Below, piece after piece: positions 1-13,113 of a stretch of DNA of 64,000 bases. Position 1 is the first letter of the stretch, and each line of letters begins with the position of its first letter. A model generated the notes under the pieces. The model worked only from the letters and a program-made list of their open reading frames with translations. It was not told the DNA's origin and ran no database searches. This DNA comes from Lama guanicoe (Eukaryota), in assembly GCA_013239625.1 (NCBI GenBank), contig MU053472.1, positions 124,001-188,000 of the forward strand, in the 5' to 3' direction. The position numbers and the translations under genes are program-made.

Positions 1-1399
1 CATCCTGAGAACCCAGGAGAACCTAGCACTGTCCTAGGTCCTTCCAGTCAAAGAAGGCTGGTAACTAGTAATCTGCATTGGGGCTTGCCACTCATGCATT
101 TACTGGAGTTCCTCTTGTATGGACTGATTAAACCACATGGTAGATACAATTGAATACTGTTGGTTTAGTTTCTACTTTACAGTTGAGGAAACTGAGGCTT
201 AAAGAAGTTAAAAAAAAAAAACCTTGCCCAGCTGAGATTCAAGCCTGACACCAGCCGCTGTACTCTGCAGCCTCTCGCTACACCGTATTGCCCAATGGCC
301 TTGACCTCTTCCTATCCATGACCCTATGTGGCATGAAAGACTGCCTCCTTCATGCTGAGGACTCTGCCTTTTCTTTAGGCCACAGAAAACGCTGCCACAG
401 AGCCCCCTCTCCTGGGCAGTCAGATCTGGGTGAGAGTTCACCGGGCTGCCTACCTTTTCAGCAAAGGAAAGAGGCAGTGTCTCCCGTGATGGAAAGAGAG
501 CAGCCTTTGGAACAAAATGGATCCAGGTTTGCATCCTGACTCCCCCATTCATTCAGTAACTTGAGCATGTCCCTGAATGTCTGGGGTGGGGGGAGATCTC
601 AATTTCCCCCCTTGTCAGTGAATCTGCTGTCAAAGAATAGTTGGCTAAAACCCCTCAAGGAAAAGGCACCAGTGACCCAGGATGTACCTCCGGGCTGCTA
701 TCCTTGGCCACTTCCCTTACCTTCACAAGCTGTGCCTAATCCGACCACCGGTGGAATTTCTCTTTCTTCTGACAGGCGTTCTCTCCCTCTTAGCTAACCA
801 GTCCCTGGTCTCTCAGGACGTTTATTTTAATCTTCCCTGTGTGCGTCCGGGATGCCCTTGTTTTACCTCTTTCCAAGCCCACCAGACGCCACATGCCTTG
901 CCCGTCCATGCTGTCCTTCACGTACCCTGGAGTCTGCACCCAGAAAATTCCACTAGGGTATGGTCTGCAAGGGCTGCAGTTGCATCTGCTTTCCTCCCCT
1001 CCTTACCCCTGACGGCCCGAGCCCTGCCCCTGGCATACAGCCGGTGCTCAATAATTGTGTGGTAAAAGAGTGAACAAATGAATGATTAACAGGAGTGTGT
1101 ATGGCCTGAGTGGAGAGTGAGTCATCCTGCAAATGTCTGCAGAGGCCCTATTGTTGGCCAGGGGAGGAGAGTCACAGACAAGGTCTGTCAGGCTCCCTGG
1201 GAGTCAGGGGAGAGTGTGTGCAGCTTCTCTGTGATGTGTTTTCTGTGCATCCTCTCATTTAATCCTCAAAAGAACTCTATACATGTGAGTGAAAACCCCT
1301 TTTTACAGATAAGACTAACTTGCCTGCCACCCAGCTAGGTGGGAGGTCTAACCCAGGCCTCCCTGCCTCCAAAGTCAATGTCACCTCCTCCCACTGGAA

Positions 1400-1625
1400 G
1401 ACCAGTGAGCATAATGGTTAGGTGCTCTGAAAGTCGGGCAATGTGGGTTCATAGCCTGGCTTGCTTCTTACCAGCAGTGGAAATTCTCACCACTCATGGG
1501 TCTCCCCAGGGCTTAGTTATCTTATCTGTAAAGTAGGGATGGTAATATCTCCTGCCTCAAGGATTGTTGTGAGAATTAAATGAGACAGTTTAAATAAAAT
1601 ACCATCAGCCAAGCACACCACAAGT
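1400..1625 (+). mobile_element. MIR SINE remnant
   Basis: MIR core: ttatctgtaaagtagggatggtaata...ggattgttgtgagaattaaatgaga. Confidence 0.75.
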
Positions 1626-1630
1626 CTTTG

Positions 1631-1748
1631 GCAGCAGTCATAGCCGTAGCAGGGATGGTGGTAGTGATGGTAGTCACAGTGGAGTAGCAGTAGCAACAGT
1701 AGTGATGGTGGTGGTGGTGGTGGTAGTCACTGGTAGTAATAGTAGCAG
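1631..1748. repeat. Degenerate trinucleotide repeat (GTA/GTG/GCA)
   Basis: gtagtgatggtggtggtggtggtagtc... with 3-nt periodicity; follows a MIR. Confidence 0.8.
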
Positions 1749-3157
1749 AAACATGGTCCCAGAACAGAAGGGGCAGTACAAGAAACTTACTTGGTTCAGT
1801 GAATTCAGGCATTTGTTTTTCAAGTTCAATGCCATTTCCTCAGGGACTGGACAGAACTGATGTATAAGTTATTCTGACACCGAAGGACAGGGGACAGAAA
1901 GAACTGGAAGTGCTGCTTAAGCACACTCAACAGAACCCAAAGGGGTGAAGGTCCGTTTTAAATGTCCTCCTGGCCTCCTAAATCCTCCTCGGCCTCACTG
2001 CTCTTTCTGCCTTACTGGTCTCTGTTTCCTGATCTGGAAAATGAGAGTATGAGGCCAGCTGGCCACCAAGTTCATTTGAGGACGCTGGACATGGCTCCAT
2101 GTGGGACCTCAAGGCGGGAGAATTCTGGCTGCCCTGCGGTCACTAACTCCCCATGTGACCAGGGCCCAGGATCACTATCCTCTCCGCCCCTCAGCTTCCC
2201 CGTGTGCAGTTGGCTTCTCGGGTTGCTCTAGTGACCTCCAAGGACCATTCCAGCTGGCTCTCTGATGCCACTTCTAAGGTTCTTCCCAGCCCTGTCTGCT
2301 CTGCTGATTCAACACTGAGGGGGGCTTGCGTAGCAGTGAGTTTCCTGTCTCTTTCTCTGAGCGCTGGGTCACTTCATGATGACACACCCCTTCAGAGACG
2401 GTCTGGGGCGTTCCAGGGAGATGGAAGCAAACACGACTGTCCCTTGGTGTCTGTTTCCTTGTTTGCAAATGGGAGCATGGGCTTTGGTTTTCATCAGCGA
2501 TGTTACCCCTAAAGACATTTTGAATGGCAATTATATCATCCCCTATCTCAAGCAGAAATTTTGATAAATGACCCCCTTTTTTACAAATTGCAACACGAAT
2601 AGCTCTGGCTCTCCTCCTGTGCTCCTGCCCTCTCTCCAGTTCAGAAACACGGGGGCTCTTTAGAGGGCACATACCCCTTTTACAGAGAGGGGGAGAAGAG
2701 GGACATTAATATGGGTTCTTTTCCTTGCCCTGACTCACCTTCATTTCATTGCTGGCTGAACACTTCCCATATGACCAGGCACATTTGAATTATTAATATT
2801 CAATTAGGTGAATGGTTGACCTTCAGCAGCTGGGCAACTCCTAAAAATGAGAGTGTCGTGGGAGGAGGCAGCGTCTCATGGAGGAGTTTGGGACGGCGCC
2901 CACGTCAACGTCCCTCCTTATGATCACAGAACCTGGGGTCAAGTTGGAAGCGCCCACGACCGCAGTGCATCACCCGAGCCTCTTGGGCGAGCTTCCTGGG
3001 TAGGAGCTGGGCTCAGGGGAAGAGGCGGTGATAACTGAACCAGACCTCGGAAGGATGGCTGTGAGCCTGAGATAAAAATGACCTGCTCTGCAGATCAGAA
3101 AAAGATGAGACCCAGCAGGGCTGACATTCAAACACTTTTCAGGCTCCAGGGAAGTTT

Positions 3158-3995
3158 CATTCTTTCATTCATTCAAAAAATCTTTATTGAGACCCACTGA
3201 GTGACAGGCATTGTTCTAGAGGCTGAGGTTATAGCAGTGAATGAACCAGACTTTGCCGCCTACACACCCCCACCCCTGTCCTGAGCCACAGACAGAACCC
3301 CTGCCTTCCTGGGGCTTACATCCAGCTGCGGAAACAGACAATACACAGAATTAATTCGTTCAGTGCATAGCTTGTCAGGTGATGATAAATGCTTTGAAGA
3401 AGAAGAAAAAGGCAAGGGTATGGGCTCAAGAGCATCAAGTAGGGGGTGAGCTACTGTTTTAAGAAAGGTGGGCAGGAACAGCCTCCCGGAGAAGATAACA
3501 AATTAATAGAGACTTGAGGGAGACATCTGGGGAAAAGTGTCCCAGGACAGGGAAACAGCAAGTGCAAAGGCCCTGAGGCAGGAATGCGTCTGGTGGGTTC
3601 CCTGTGGCTGGAGTCAAGTCCCTCACATCGGGCTTTTGCTCTGAGTGAGATGCGATGCCACTGAGGGTATTTATCAGCAAAGAACATGATCTGACTTTTG
3701 ATTTCAAAACCTCCCCTGACTGCTCTGTGGAGAAGAGGCTATAGGGAGCAAGGACAGAAGCAGAGGGACCAGATTAGACAGTAGGAAAGATGACCAGGGT
3801 GACTGAGAGGATGTTGATGGAGGTGCTAAGAATCAATCAGATTCTGGGTTTATTTTGAAGGAAGATCCAATAGGATTTGCTGAAGGGTTGGATACAGGTG
3901 TAAGAGAAGGGGTGCATTCTGGTTTGGGGGCACAAGGAGGTAGAAAGATGGGCTTGCCATTCGCAGACTTGGGGGAGATGGCAGGGAAAGTAGTT
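3158..3995 (-). mobile_element. LINE-2 3' fragment
   Basis: Starts with the antisense L2 tail (ttcattcattcaaaaaatctttattgag), then typical L2 body (gggaaacagcaagtgcaaaggccctgaggcagga). Confidence 0.8.
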
Positions 3996-4431
3996 TGAGG
4001 AGGCAAACAGAAAGCTGTGTGTAAACAGTAGGAAGTGGTGGCGGGTGGAATGCACATGTGTACTTGCTCCATCTGGGAGGGGGTGGCTCAGAATCTCTTA
4101 CAGAACCAAGTCGGCCAGAGCATGCTGCTTGAGCCATGTCACAAGGTGGGGAAAGCTCTGATTTCTTGAGTCAGAACACCCGATTTCAGCCCCACATTTG
4201 CCACTCACTAGCCGAGGGATCAGGGTACATCACTTAAGCTCTCTGTGCTCCAATCTCCTTAAGATCTGGATGGAGATACATATATATGTACATATGTATA
4301 TGTATATGTGCTCTGTAAAATGCAAAACACTGCAGCCAAAGGGAGAGGTGAACCAGGCTCTGGAACCCCAAGGACCTGGATGTGGAGTCTCTTATTATTA
4401 GTATGACATTGGGCAGGTTTCTTAACCTCTT

Positions 4432-4872
4432 TTTTTTTTTTTTTGTGAAGTATAGCCAGTTTACAATGCTATGTCAATTTCTGGTGTACAGAAATAATAG
4501 TTCAGTCATACATATATATACATATATTCGCTTTCATATTCTTTTTCATTATAGGTTACTACAGGATATTGAATATAGTTTCCTCGATGTACAGAAGAAA
4601 CTTGTTTATTTGTTTTATATATAGTAGCTGGTATCTGCAAATCTCGAACTCCCAATTTATCCCTTCCCACCCTCTTCCCTCTCTGGTGACCATAGTTTGT
4701 TTTCTATGTGAGTCTGTTTCTGTTTTGTAAATAAGTTCGTCTGTCCCATTTTTTTTAGATTCCACACAGAAGTGCTACCATATGGTATGATATGATAACT
4801 GGCTTACTTTACTTAGAATGCCAATCTCCAGGTCCATCCATGTTGCTGCAAATGGCATTATTTTATTATAGA
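4432..4872 (-). mobile_element. Young lineage-specific L1 3' end, inserted in a MIR
   Basis: Poly-T then L1 3'UTR (gaagtatagccagtttacaat...tgttgctgcaaatggc); TSD tttcttaacctctt at 4418-4431 and 4873-4886. Confidence 0.9.
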
Positions 4873-6023
4873 TTTCTTAACCTCTTAAAGTCTTGGCTCC
4901 CTCATGTGTAAAATGGAGGTAGCACTGCCTACCTTCTAAGAGTGTCAGGAAGCTTCTTGAGGTACAGTTTTAAAGCATCTAGCAGAGAGCTTGGTACATA
5001 GAGGTGCTCAATGAATTATGCATTATTACACACGAAAGTAACTGTGATTGTAGGCGTATTTCTTTGAATGTTGGCCTTCTGGATGTGTGGTCACCTTTAC
5101 AAAAATTCAGGGTGGCCACAAAGTCTAGAAACATAGATAATATTATTTCATCATGCATTGTGATATAGCAATAAATAATTTATTACGTGCCTGGGGCCAC
5201 CCTGGGTCTACACTCTGAGATTGTTAGCTTCCAGGAGACTGCTGGGAGCTGAGAAATAATAAGAAGAGGTTAAACATCCCATCAAACTTCCCTGACACAA
5301 AGGACCTTAGCTTATCTTTCTTTGCATCTTCCACTGCCGGCCTGGTCCAATGACTCTACCCAAAGAGGTACTTAATAGAAAAAAATCAAAGAAAGGGATC
5401 TTAGAGATCATTTTGCTCAATCATCTCCTCTTAAACTTGAGACAGCCAGAGCCCAGAGAGGACCAGTGACTTGCCAAAGGGGTCCAGCAAATGAAGTATC
5501 CAGCGTTCCTGGCTGTGAGGTCAGTGGCTTTCCACTGCTGCACTCATAGACGTGGATCGAATGACTCCAGTGTGGTGAAATCAGGAGCGTCTCATGACGT
5601 GGGCCCACGCAAGTCCTTCAGTGGGCTCCTCCAGTCTAACAGAGATTCAGAGGGTTTCCTTGTCAGGACGATAGGACAGAGCAGGGGTTCTGGAATGGTC
5701 CTCTGAGCCTTCCTGGATTTCTCTGGGGCCTGCAGTGTTTGCACTGGCCTCGACATTTTCCACCAAACCTCCCAGCAAATATTTGAAGGCCTTGATACAA
5801 TACCGCACAAATAACCATATCTAAAGCTCTCCCGTGTAAACAGCCTGGAGTCCTTCCTCAGTCAGCAGTGATCAGAGAGGGGGAGAAAACGAAACTAAAA
5901 CTTGGCTCCTTGAAACAGTTTTTAGAAGGTAACCCTCAAAAGACCACCTGAAAGGTGACACATTTTTGTTGTGGTTAAAGTCACAGTCGTTATTTATACC
6001 ATTCATTGAAAGCTGGGAGAGGG

Positions 6024-6086
6024 GTGTGTGTCTGTGTCTCTGTGTGTGTGTTGGGGTGTGTGTGTGTCGGGGTGTGTGTGTGTGTG
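6024..6086. repeat. Interrupted (GT)n microsatellite
   Basis: gtgtgtgtctgtgtctctgtgtgtgtgttggggtgtg... Confidence 0.85.
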
Positions 6087-8164
6087 ACAGCTTTTCTGCA
6101 TCACAGAAGAAATTTCCTGTGATAGCAAATGCTGTTTTAAAAAGTAACTTTTAAACCTCAGAGAACCATCTGCCTCTCATTCTGTCCCAAGCATTGCATG
6201 TCCACGTTAAGAACCCCTGTCTGATAGAGATAGGGAAAGACTTTAGAATTCGATTAAATGGAAATTTTTTTTCTGCTCTGGAATTACGAGATGGCTCACA
6301 TAATAAGTTTCCCATCGTGGGCAGAGGGGGAAAAAGTACTGTTTCCTCACATATTAGCAAATCTGACAGTAGCACTAGAGAAGCTTCGGACAGGAAGATG
6401 GGGAGAAAGTCACATGAAATCTCAGTAACAGGAGTTAAAGTTTAGGCTAAAGAAGCCACAGTGGTCACGGCAGGTTAGAAATCCTGGGACCATCGCCTAG
6501 CCTGACGACCTACACAGCGCCATCCACCACTTGCGACCTCCAGGGAGTCTTCATGCATTCATCCTGACTGCTGCTCAACCTTCAAAATGTGTACATTGAG
6601 AATCTGGGTTCCTAAAACCATCTACTTGACTTATCTCAGGCAATCACAGGTTAGTCAGATCAACTATCCAGTGGTCATCAGGAAGCAAGTCCTTGGACAG
6701 AGGCAAGGAACAAAATAACCTTAATGTATTATTATTGGCAATAATAGCAGCTTAACACTCAGAAGCGTCACTCTGTGCCATCTCTGTGATCCTCTAATTT
6801 AATCTTCACCAAAACCTATGAATTGACACTATATTAGCTCCATTTTTACCCACATAGAACCTAGGTCCTAACTAGTACATCATTCTAATTTAAATACATG
6901 AAGGTCTTTATAACTAACTGATAGAATTTTAAGATTATTATAAAAACCTTAAAAGAGCATATGATCTTAATTGGTAATTTGCATGTTTATTCTCATCCTA
7001 ATGCTGGATTGGGAGTAATTCATAAGCCTTAAGTAGGATCATACTATAAAAATCTTTGGAATTTTTTAAATTTAATGTATTGAAATATTTTTGAATAAAT
7101 AAAGATTTAAAAATGTCAACAGCAGTTGAGATTAAAGAAACTGGCATGTTCTCATTTTGCTCTAACTTTTTTAATAAGATTTGTACACTACCAAGAACAA
7201 AAAATAAGAAAGTTATTTCCATTCTTAAAAAAATAAAAAAAGATTCTGGGACCACACAGGCGTGCGAGGCAGGACCTTGACACAAATCCGCTGATAACGA
7301 AAAGTCAGTAATAATCATTTACACCTGCTTAGAGCTTTATGGTTTGAAAAGTCTTCTGAACTTGGGTGTTTTGACTCCAACTGCTCTGCATATTCCACTA
7401 CCCTAGTATCTTCCTAAAATTACTGATCCATGTACCCTGGGACCTAAATTTTTTCTGGATTCTGCTCTGTCATCTCTTCTTAAAGTTTACATTGAGTTTT
7501 CACTCCAAGGTCTACTATTTTGAAAAGGATATCTGTATTGTAACAGCTGCTCTTGATTGCTGGGAAGATCATGCCTTCTTAATAACTTGTTCTTAGCTAG
7601 ACCTTCTGCAGAAAGATGAGACACGCATGGCACCTATGAGCCTAGCACCTTCCTGGAAGGGCCTCCCTCCCCTCCCTGGCCACAGACTTCCTTGAGCCCT
7701 GATGGCTCGCAGAGTGCAGATCAAGGGAGAAACTTCCAGAGAAGAACAGCCACACTCAGGACTTCCATGCCAGGCTTCTACCACTCTCTTTTTTATTACC
7801 CAACAATAATAGCGTCCCCATTTTCAGATGCAGAAACTGAGATTCAGAGAGGTAAAGTCGCTAGCCCATGGTCAAGGTCAATGAAGGGCGTAATGGAAAT
7901 TCATAGCGATCTGTCTCCGCTGCCTGTGAGCTGGAATGCTCCTCTTGGTGGCCCTTAAGGAGTATATGATGGAAAGAAGGAATCAGAGATGCTGCTTTGG
8001 TTTTTTGAAGTACACACACACACAAAGGAAACTGGTAAACTGAGTAACAGTTGCTTAGAGAAAGAGAGGGGGTTGGGATTGGGAAACAGTATATAGGTGA
8101 GAAAGAAGATGCTCTTTTTACTTTATCGAGTTTTGATTGTTCTAATTTTTTGTAATGGCTCAGG

Positions 8165-9177
8165 TTTTTTCTACAATTGTGGTAAAAACAAACATAAAAT
8201 TTACCATCTTAACCAGTTTTTAAAATTGAGGTATAGTTGATTTACAATGGTGTGAGAGTTTCTGGTGTACAGCATAATGGTTCAGTTTATGTATATTAAA
8301 TAATATATATATATATATATGTTCTTTATCAGATTCTTTTTCATTATAGATTATTACAAGCTGTTAAGTAGAGTACCCTGTGCAATACAGTAGGATCTTG
8401 TTGTTTATTTTATATATAGTAGTGTGTATCTGCTAATCCCAAACTCCTAATTTATCCCTCCATTCCCCTTTTCCCCTTTGATAACCATAAATTTGTTTTC
8501 TATGTCTGTGAGTCTGTTTCTGCTTTAAGAATAAGTTCATTTGTGTCATTTTTAAAAACTCCACATGTAAGTGGTATCGTGTGATACTTGTCTTGGTATA
8601 TGACAATCTCCAGGTCCATCCATGTTGCTGCAAATGGCGTTCCATTCTTTTTTATGGCTGAGTAGTATTCCATTGTACCTAACAATTTAAAAATGTACAG
8701 TTCGGTGGTTTCAAGTATGTTCACAGTGTTGTAAAACCATCTTTCTCTAGAACAGTTTCAATCTTGCAAAACTGAAACTCTATACCCATTAAACTAGAAT
8801 GCCCCAGGCCCCACTCTCCCCTCAACCCTTGCCACCATCGTTCTGCATTGTCTCCATAAATTTGATGGTTCTCGGTATCTCATATGAGTGGAATCACATA
8901 GTACTTGTTTCTTTGTGATCGACTTCTTTCACTTAGCATATGTCTTCAAGGTTCATCCAAAATTGTAACATTGGCTAGAATTTCCTTCCTTTTCAAAGCT
9001 GAAAAATGGTCCAGTCTGTATATATCACGTTTTTGCTTATCCACTCATCCGCCAGGGACACTGGGGTTGCTTCCACATTTCAGCTATCGTAAACAGCGCT
9101 GCTGTGAACATTTGTGTGCAAATATCCCTGCTTTCGATTCTGTGGGGTATATACCCGAAGTGGGATTGCTGGCTTGA
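8165..9177 (-). mobile_element. Old L1M 3' fragment, interrupted by a younger L1 at about 8217-8677
   Basis: aattgtggtaaaaacaaacataaaatttaccatcttaac resumes at 8678 as ...aaatgtacagttcggtgg and runs to gaagtgggattgctgg. Confidence 0.8.
8217..8677 (-). mobile_element. Young lineage-specific L1 3' end
   Basis: Same family as 4432-4872; antisense translation gives the L1 ORF2 C-terminal motif EYYSAIKKNGTPFAATWMDLEIVI. Confidence 0.9.
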
Positions 9178-9258
9178 ATGGTGATGTTTATTAGTTTGTT
9201 ACTTAGAAAACAAAAGTTCTTTCTAAGTGAATACTCACATAACTTAGAAAAATATTTA

Positions 9259-9398
9259 TTTTTTTCTTAAATGTGTTTTTTAATACTTAATTTTTTTAAT
9301 TTAAATTTTTTTCCCTTACTGGGGGCACTGAGGATTCAACCCAGGACCTCTTGCATGCCAAGCACCTGCTCTACTACTAAGCTATACTCCCCACCCCT
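9259..9398 (-). mobile_element. tRNA-Ala-derived SINE (camelid type)
   Basis: Reverse complement reads tatagcttagtagtagagcaggtgcttggcatgcaagaggtcctgggttgaatcc plus A-rich tail; near-TSD gaaaaatattta 9247-9258 / gaaaaatactta 9399-9410. Confidence 0.85.
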
Positions 9399-10029
9399 GA
9401 AAAATACTTAGTAATGAGACATGAGAGACCATGGTGAAAACGACGAACTTCAGGACCAGTGGGGTTCTCGGGAACACCAGTAGCACCCATCAGCTGCCGT
9501 TCCCGGGGATGGGTTTGGCAGCCTTAGACCCCACCCCACCCCCTGCCTGTCTGCTTGTAGGTGCTCAACAGAGATGCTCTAAATCCCACTGCCCTAAAGG
9601 GATGACTTCACCAGAGCATCTGGGCAAGCAGCAAATTCCCAAGGAAACAAAAGGACTGCTTAGAAAAAGTGCTCCAGTGACAGCGGACAGGACTTTGCCT
9701 CCTGCTTCCTCACTGGGTGAACTTGGGTGCTTCATTTCTTGGGCCTCCATCCCCTCAGTTACGTGAAGTCGCTACACGCCTTGAATCATCATCACAGGTT
9801 TATTGTGAAAACTCACCATTCATTTATTCACTCATTCGACATATATCACATGCCTCCTGGCTTAGGGCTAGATCAAATTTGAAATAGGAACATTTTATTC
9901 AGTAAACACGGCTTGAGTTTTCCTCTTGTATAATTTTGTAGAGTCTTTTTTCATTTCTTTTGTTTTATATTCTTTGATTAGTTCTCCATTGAAGTGCCCT
10001 AGTCTCATTCCTTTCATTTATTTTTCCTG

Positions 10030-10293
10030 AATTTTTACTGTGGTAAAATATACCTAACTTAACATTTACAATCTTTTTTTGAGTTCTTATGAAATATTGG
10101 CTATATCCTCATGTTATACAATATATCCTTGTAGCTTAATTTATATATAATTGTCTGTAGCTCTTGCTCCCCTACTCTTGGATTGCACATCCCCTTCCGC
10201 TCCCCACTGGTAACCACTAGTTTGTTCTCTGTATCTGTGAATCTGCTTTTTTTTGTCATATTTACTAGTTTGTGGCTTTTTTTTTTTTAGATT
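10030..10293 (-). mobile_element. Older L1 3'UTR fragment
   Basis: ccccactggtaaccactagtttgttctctgtatctgtgaatctg motif. Confidence 0.75.
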
Positions 10294-11364
10294 TGTTCCC
10301 TTGTTTTTAAAGCAAGTCTCTAATAAGAAAAAAAAATTGCTCAGGGTTCCCAAGAGCTGTGACCATGACTTTCTTCCGATGGCTCTATAACCCAGAAGAT
10401 TGTCTCCCATGCCCCACAGGAGAGAAGACGTGGGTCGGGAACTTCTGGGAAACTGCGAGTCCCTCTGCTCTCTGAAGAGCCTGTCGGCTTTTCTAATCCA
10501 TAACAGTCACCTCCAGCTGCTCGGAGGAGTTAATGAGGTGTGCGGGACAGGGATGGGAACCGGTCAGCCTCTGCATCACTCCTGACACCGCTGCTAAGTG
10601 AGGGCCACGGAGGGGAACTAGCCATAGGGGAAGAGAGATGGACCAGAAAACAATATCCACTTCATTAGCCGGTGATCCTGAATGTGTGGAAAGAGGCCAA
10701 GGTCCAGCCTACAGACTGTGACGGAACATTCTGACAACGCTGTGAGGTCTGGGCAAAGGCCGGGCAGAGAGAAAGCACACTGCCTCTGTCCAGCGGAATC
10801 CTGGGGACATTTTCCCTTACTCTTTGCCTCTCCCTCCCTCTCTCTCTGTCCCTTTCTCTCTCTCTCCCCCTTCCTACTTTTCAGCCCTTTTTTTCTCCTC
10901 ACTTCTTTCTTTCCCTTTTAATTTTATCTCTTTTTCTCATTAGTCCCCTTTTCTTGTCTGCTTTTTTTTCCTTTCTCTCGTCTTACATCGCTAATCAATT
11001 TCCCTTTCTTTCCAAACCTTAAAAAATTCCTGAGAGGCAGATGTTTGGTGACCTACAGCCAGGTTTCTGTTTATCCAAAAATAAAATAAGATGTACTTCT
11101 TCCCGACATTAGAACAGGTGTCCCAAAGGGGAGCGTGCCGGGTCTTACACTGCAGGTACAGGACAAAAATAGTGGGTCTGATTTTTACATTTCTGTTAAC
11201 TCCATGGCCTTTTCATTTTTGCTTTATAATGAGCATAAAATCTCAGCACATATGGTAAGTTAATTAATTAGTTAATACAAATAATGGGATGGAGATGCTC
11301 AAACTTTTTTTTTAACTAAGAGAGGTAATCGGGAAAAACATTTACAGAAGAAAAGCCCCTTACA

Positions 11365-12050
11365 TTTTTTTTAAATTGAAGTATAGTTGACATTTACAAT
11401 GTGTCAGTTTCTGGTATACAGCATAGTGATTCAGTTATACATATATATATTATTTTCATTATTCTTTTTCATTATAGGTTATTACAAGGTATTGAATATG
11501 CCTCCCTGTGCTATATAGTAGGACCTTATTGTTTATCTATTTTATATATAGCAGTGTGTATCTGCTAATCCCAAACCCCTAATTTATCCCTCTGCCCCTT
11601 TCTCCTTTGGTAACCATAAATTTCTTTTCTGTATCTGTGAGTCTGTTTCTATTTTATAAATAAGTTCATTTGTACCATTTTTTAAGGCTCCATGTATAAG
11701 TGGTATCATATGGTATTTGTCTTTCTCTATCTGACTTACTTCCCTTAGCATGATAATCTCTAGGTCCATCTATGCTGCTGCAAATAGCATTATTTCATTT
11801 TCTTTTATGGCTGAGTAGCATTCTGTTGTGTGTGTGTGTATGTATATATGTATGTGTGTGTATCCAGTCATCTATCAATGGGCATTCAGGTTGCTTCCAT
11901 GTCTTGGCTATTGTAAATAGTGCTGCTGTGAACATTGTGGTGCCTGTATCTTTTTGAGTTAGAGTTTTCTCTGGATATATGCCCAGGAGTGGGATTGCTG
12001 GATCATATGGTAACTCTATTTTCAGTTTTTTAAGGACTCTTTTCCATAGG
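11365..12050 (-). mobile_element. Young lineage-specific L1 3' end with ORF2 C-terminus
   Basis: Antisense MDLEIIMLREVSQIEKDKYHMIPLI is L1 ORF2 C-terminus-like; TSD aagcccctta at 11353-11362 and 12051-12060. Confidence 0.92.
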
Positions 12051-13058
12051 AAGCCCCTTAAATTTTTCCTAATGCCTGATTCAGCTCATTCCTATTTATA
12101 GTCAGTGCCTTGAGTGCACGGAGAGGGGATTTCTGGTGGGCCTGAGCTGTGAGGAGGGCTGAGGTTCGACACCCCAAGAAGTGCTGTCACCCAACCCCAT
12201 GGAGTCTGAATCTCAGCCCTAAGTCACTGATTTGGGAAGTCTTCCCTGGAAAGACCCCTCCCTTACCGTAGTGTCCCCCACACTCCCTCTCAGTCTCCCT
12301 GCCCTGGGATTTTTCTCCATGGCACCGTGTCCCTTGACACACTGTGCACTCCCCATCCATCGGTTGTGTTGTCTGGCGCCCACCCTTGCTGGAGTAAAAG
12401 CTCCATGAAGACTAGGCCTTCGTCTGTTTCTTTCACTGCTGTACCTCCAGTATCAAGACTTGTGCCTGACACAGGTTCTCCACGAGCCAAGAGACTAAGA
12501 GCTGCAAATGACCAGGTTAGACCACACGCAGCTTAAGGACATCCCTTGGAAAGGGGGCCACTGGTCTCCTCTTTTTTATCCTAGTCTTCAGAAAACTAAC
12601 TTCACAGCTACAGTGATGCTTAATCACGCTGAGTTAAAATACCCTCTGGTTCCCTGGCCAGACTGAACTCCTTAAGGGCAGGAATTGTATGTTTAACATC
12701 TTTAAATCCCCAGCATTTCACGTATAGTCAATGCTTGATAGATATTTGTTGAATGAATAAATGAGTATATTCTGGGCATTGGGTGTGTGTGTGCTGAGGG
12801 CAGCAGTGGTGGGAGTGGGGAGAAAGATGCGTGGAGGGGCCAGGAGCTGGAGCCCAAAACCCACCCTAGAAAGTCAAGGAGGTGGTGGGAGGTGGGTCCT
12901 CAAGAGCTGAGGCTCCAAGCCCCCCGCTGATGCTCTGTTGTCCCATCAGGCTGCTTTTAAGAAACAAAAGTTCAAAAATAAAATGATGAAGATTCAAGGT
13001 GGCAACTACAGAGCATCAAGCCCCGAGTGCACCCAGGAAGCTAGCTAGCCCTCCCGGT

Positions 13059-13113
13059 CATTGCCAAATCTCCCCGAGGGGCCAAACCACCCTACCTAGG
13101 TTGAGAACGGCTG
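13059..13113. mobile_element. MER20-like hAT terminal fragment
   Basis: cattgccaaatctccccgaggggccaaaccaccc...ggttgagaacggctg resembles the MER20 end (recalled). Confidence 0.55.

Noticed and set aside
1576..1812. Poly-His ORF (also 43542-43781)
   Set aside because: Translation of degenerate trinucleotide repeats
11584..11769. ORF resembling a protein C-terminus
   Set aside because: L1 ORF2 C-terminal remnant in a 5'-truncated copy
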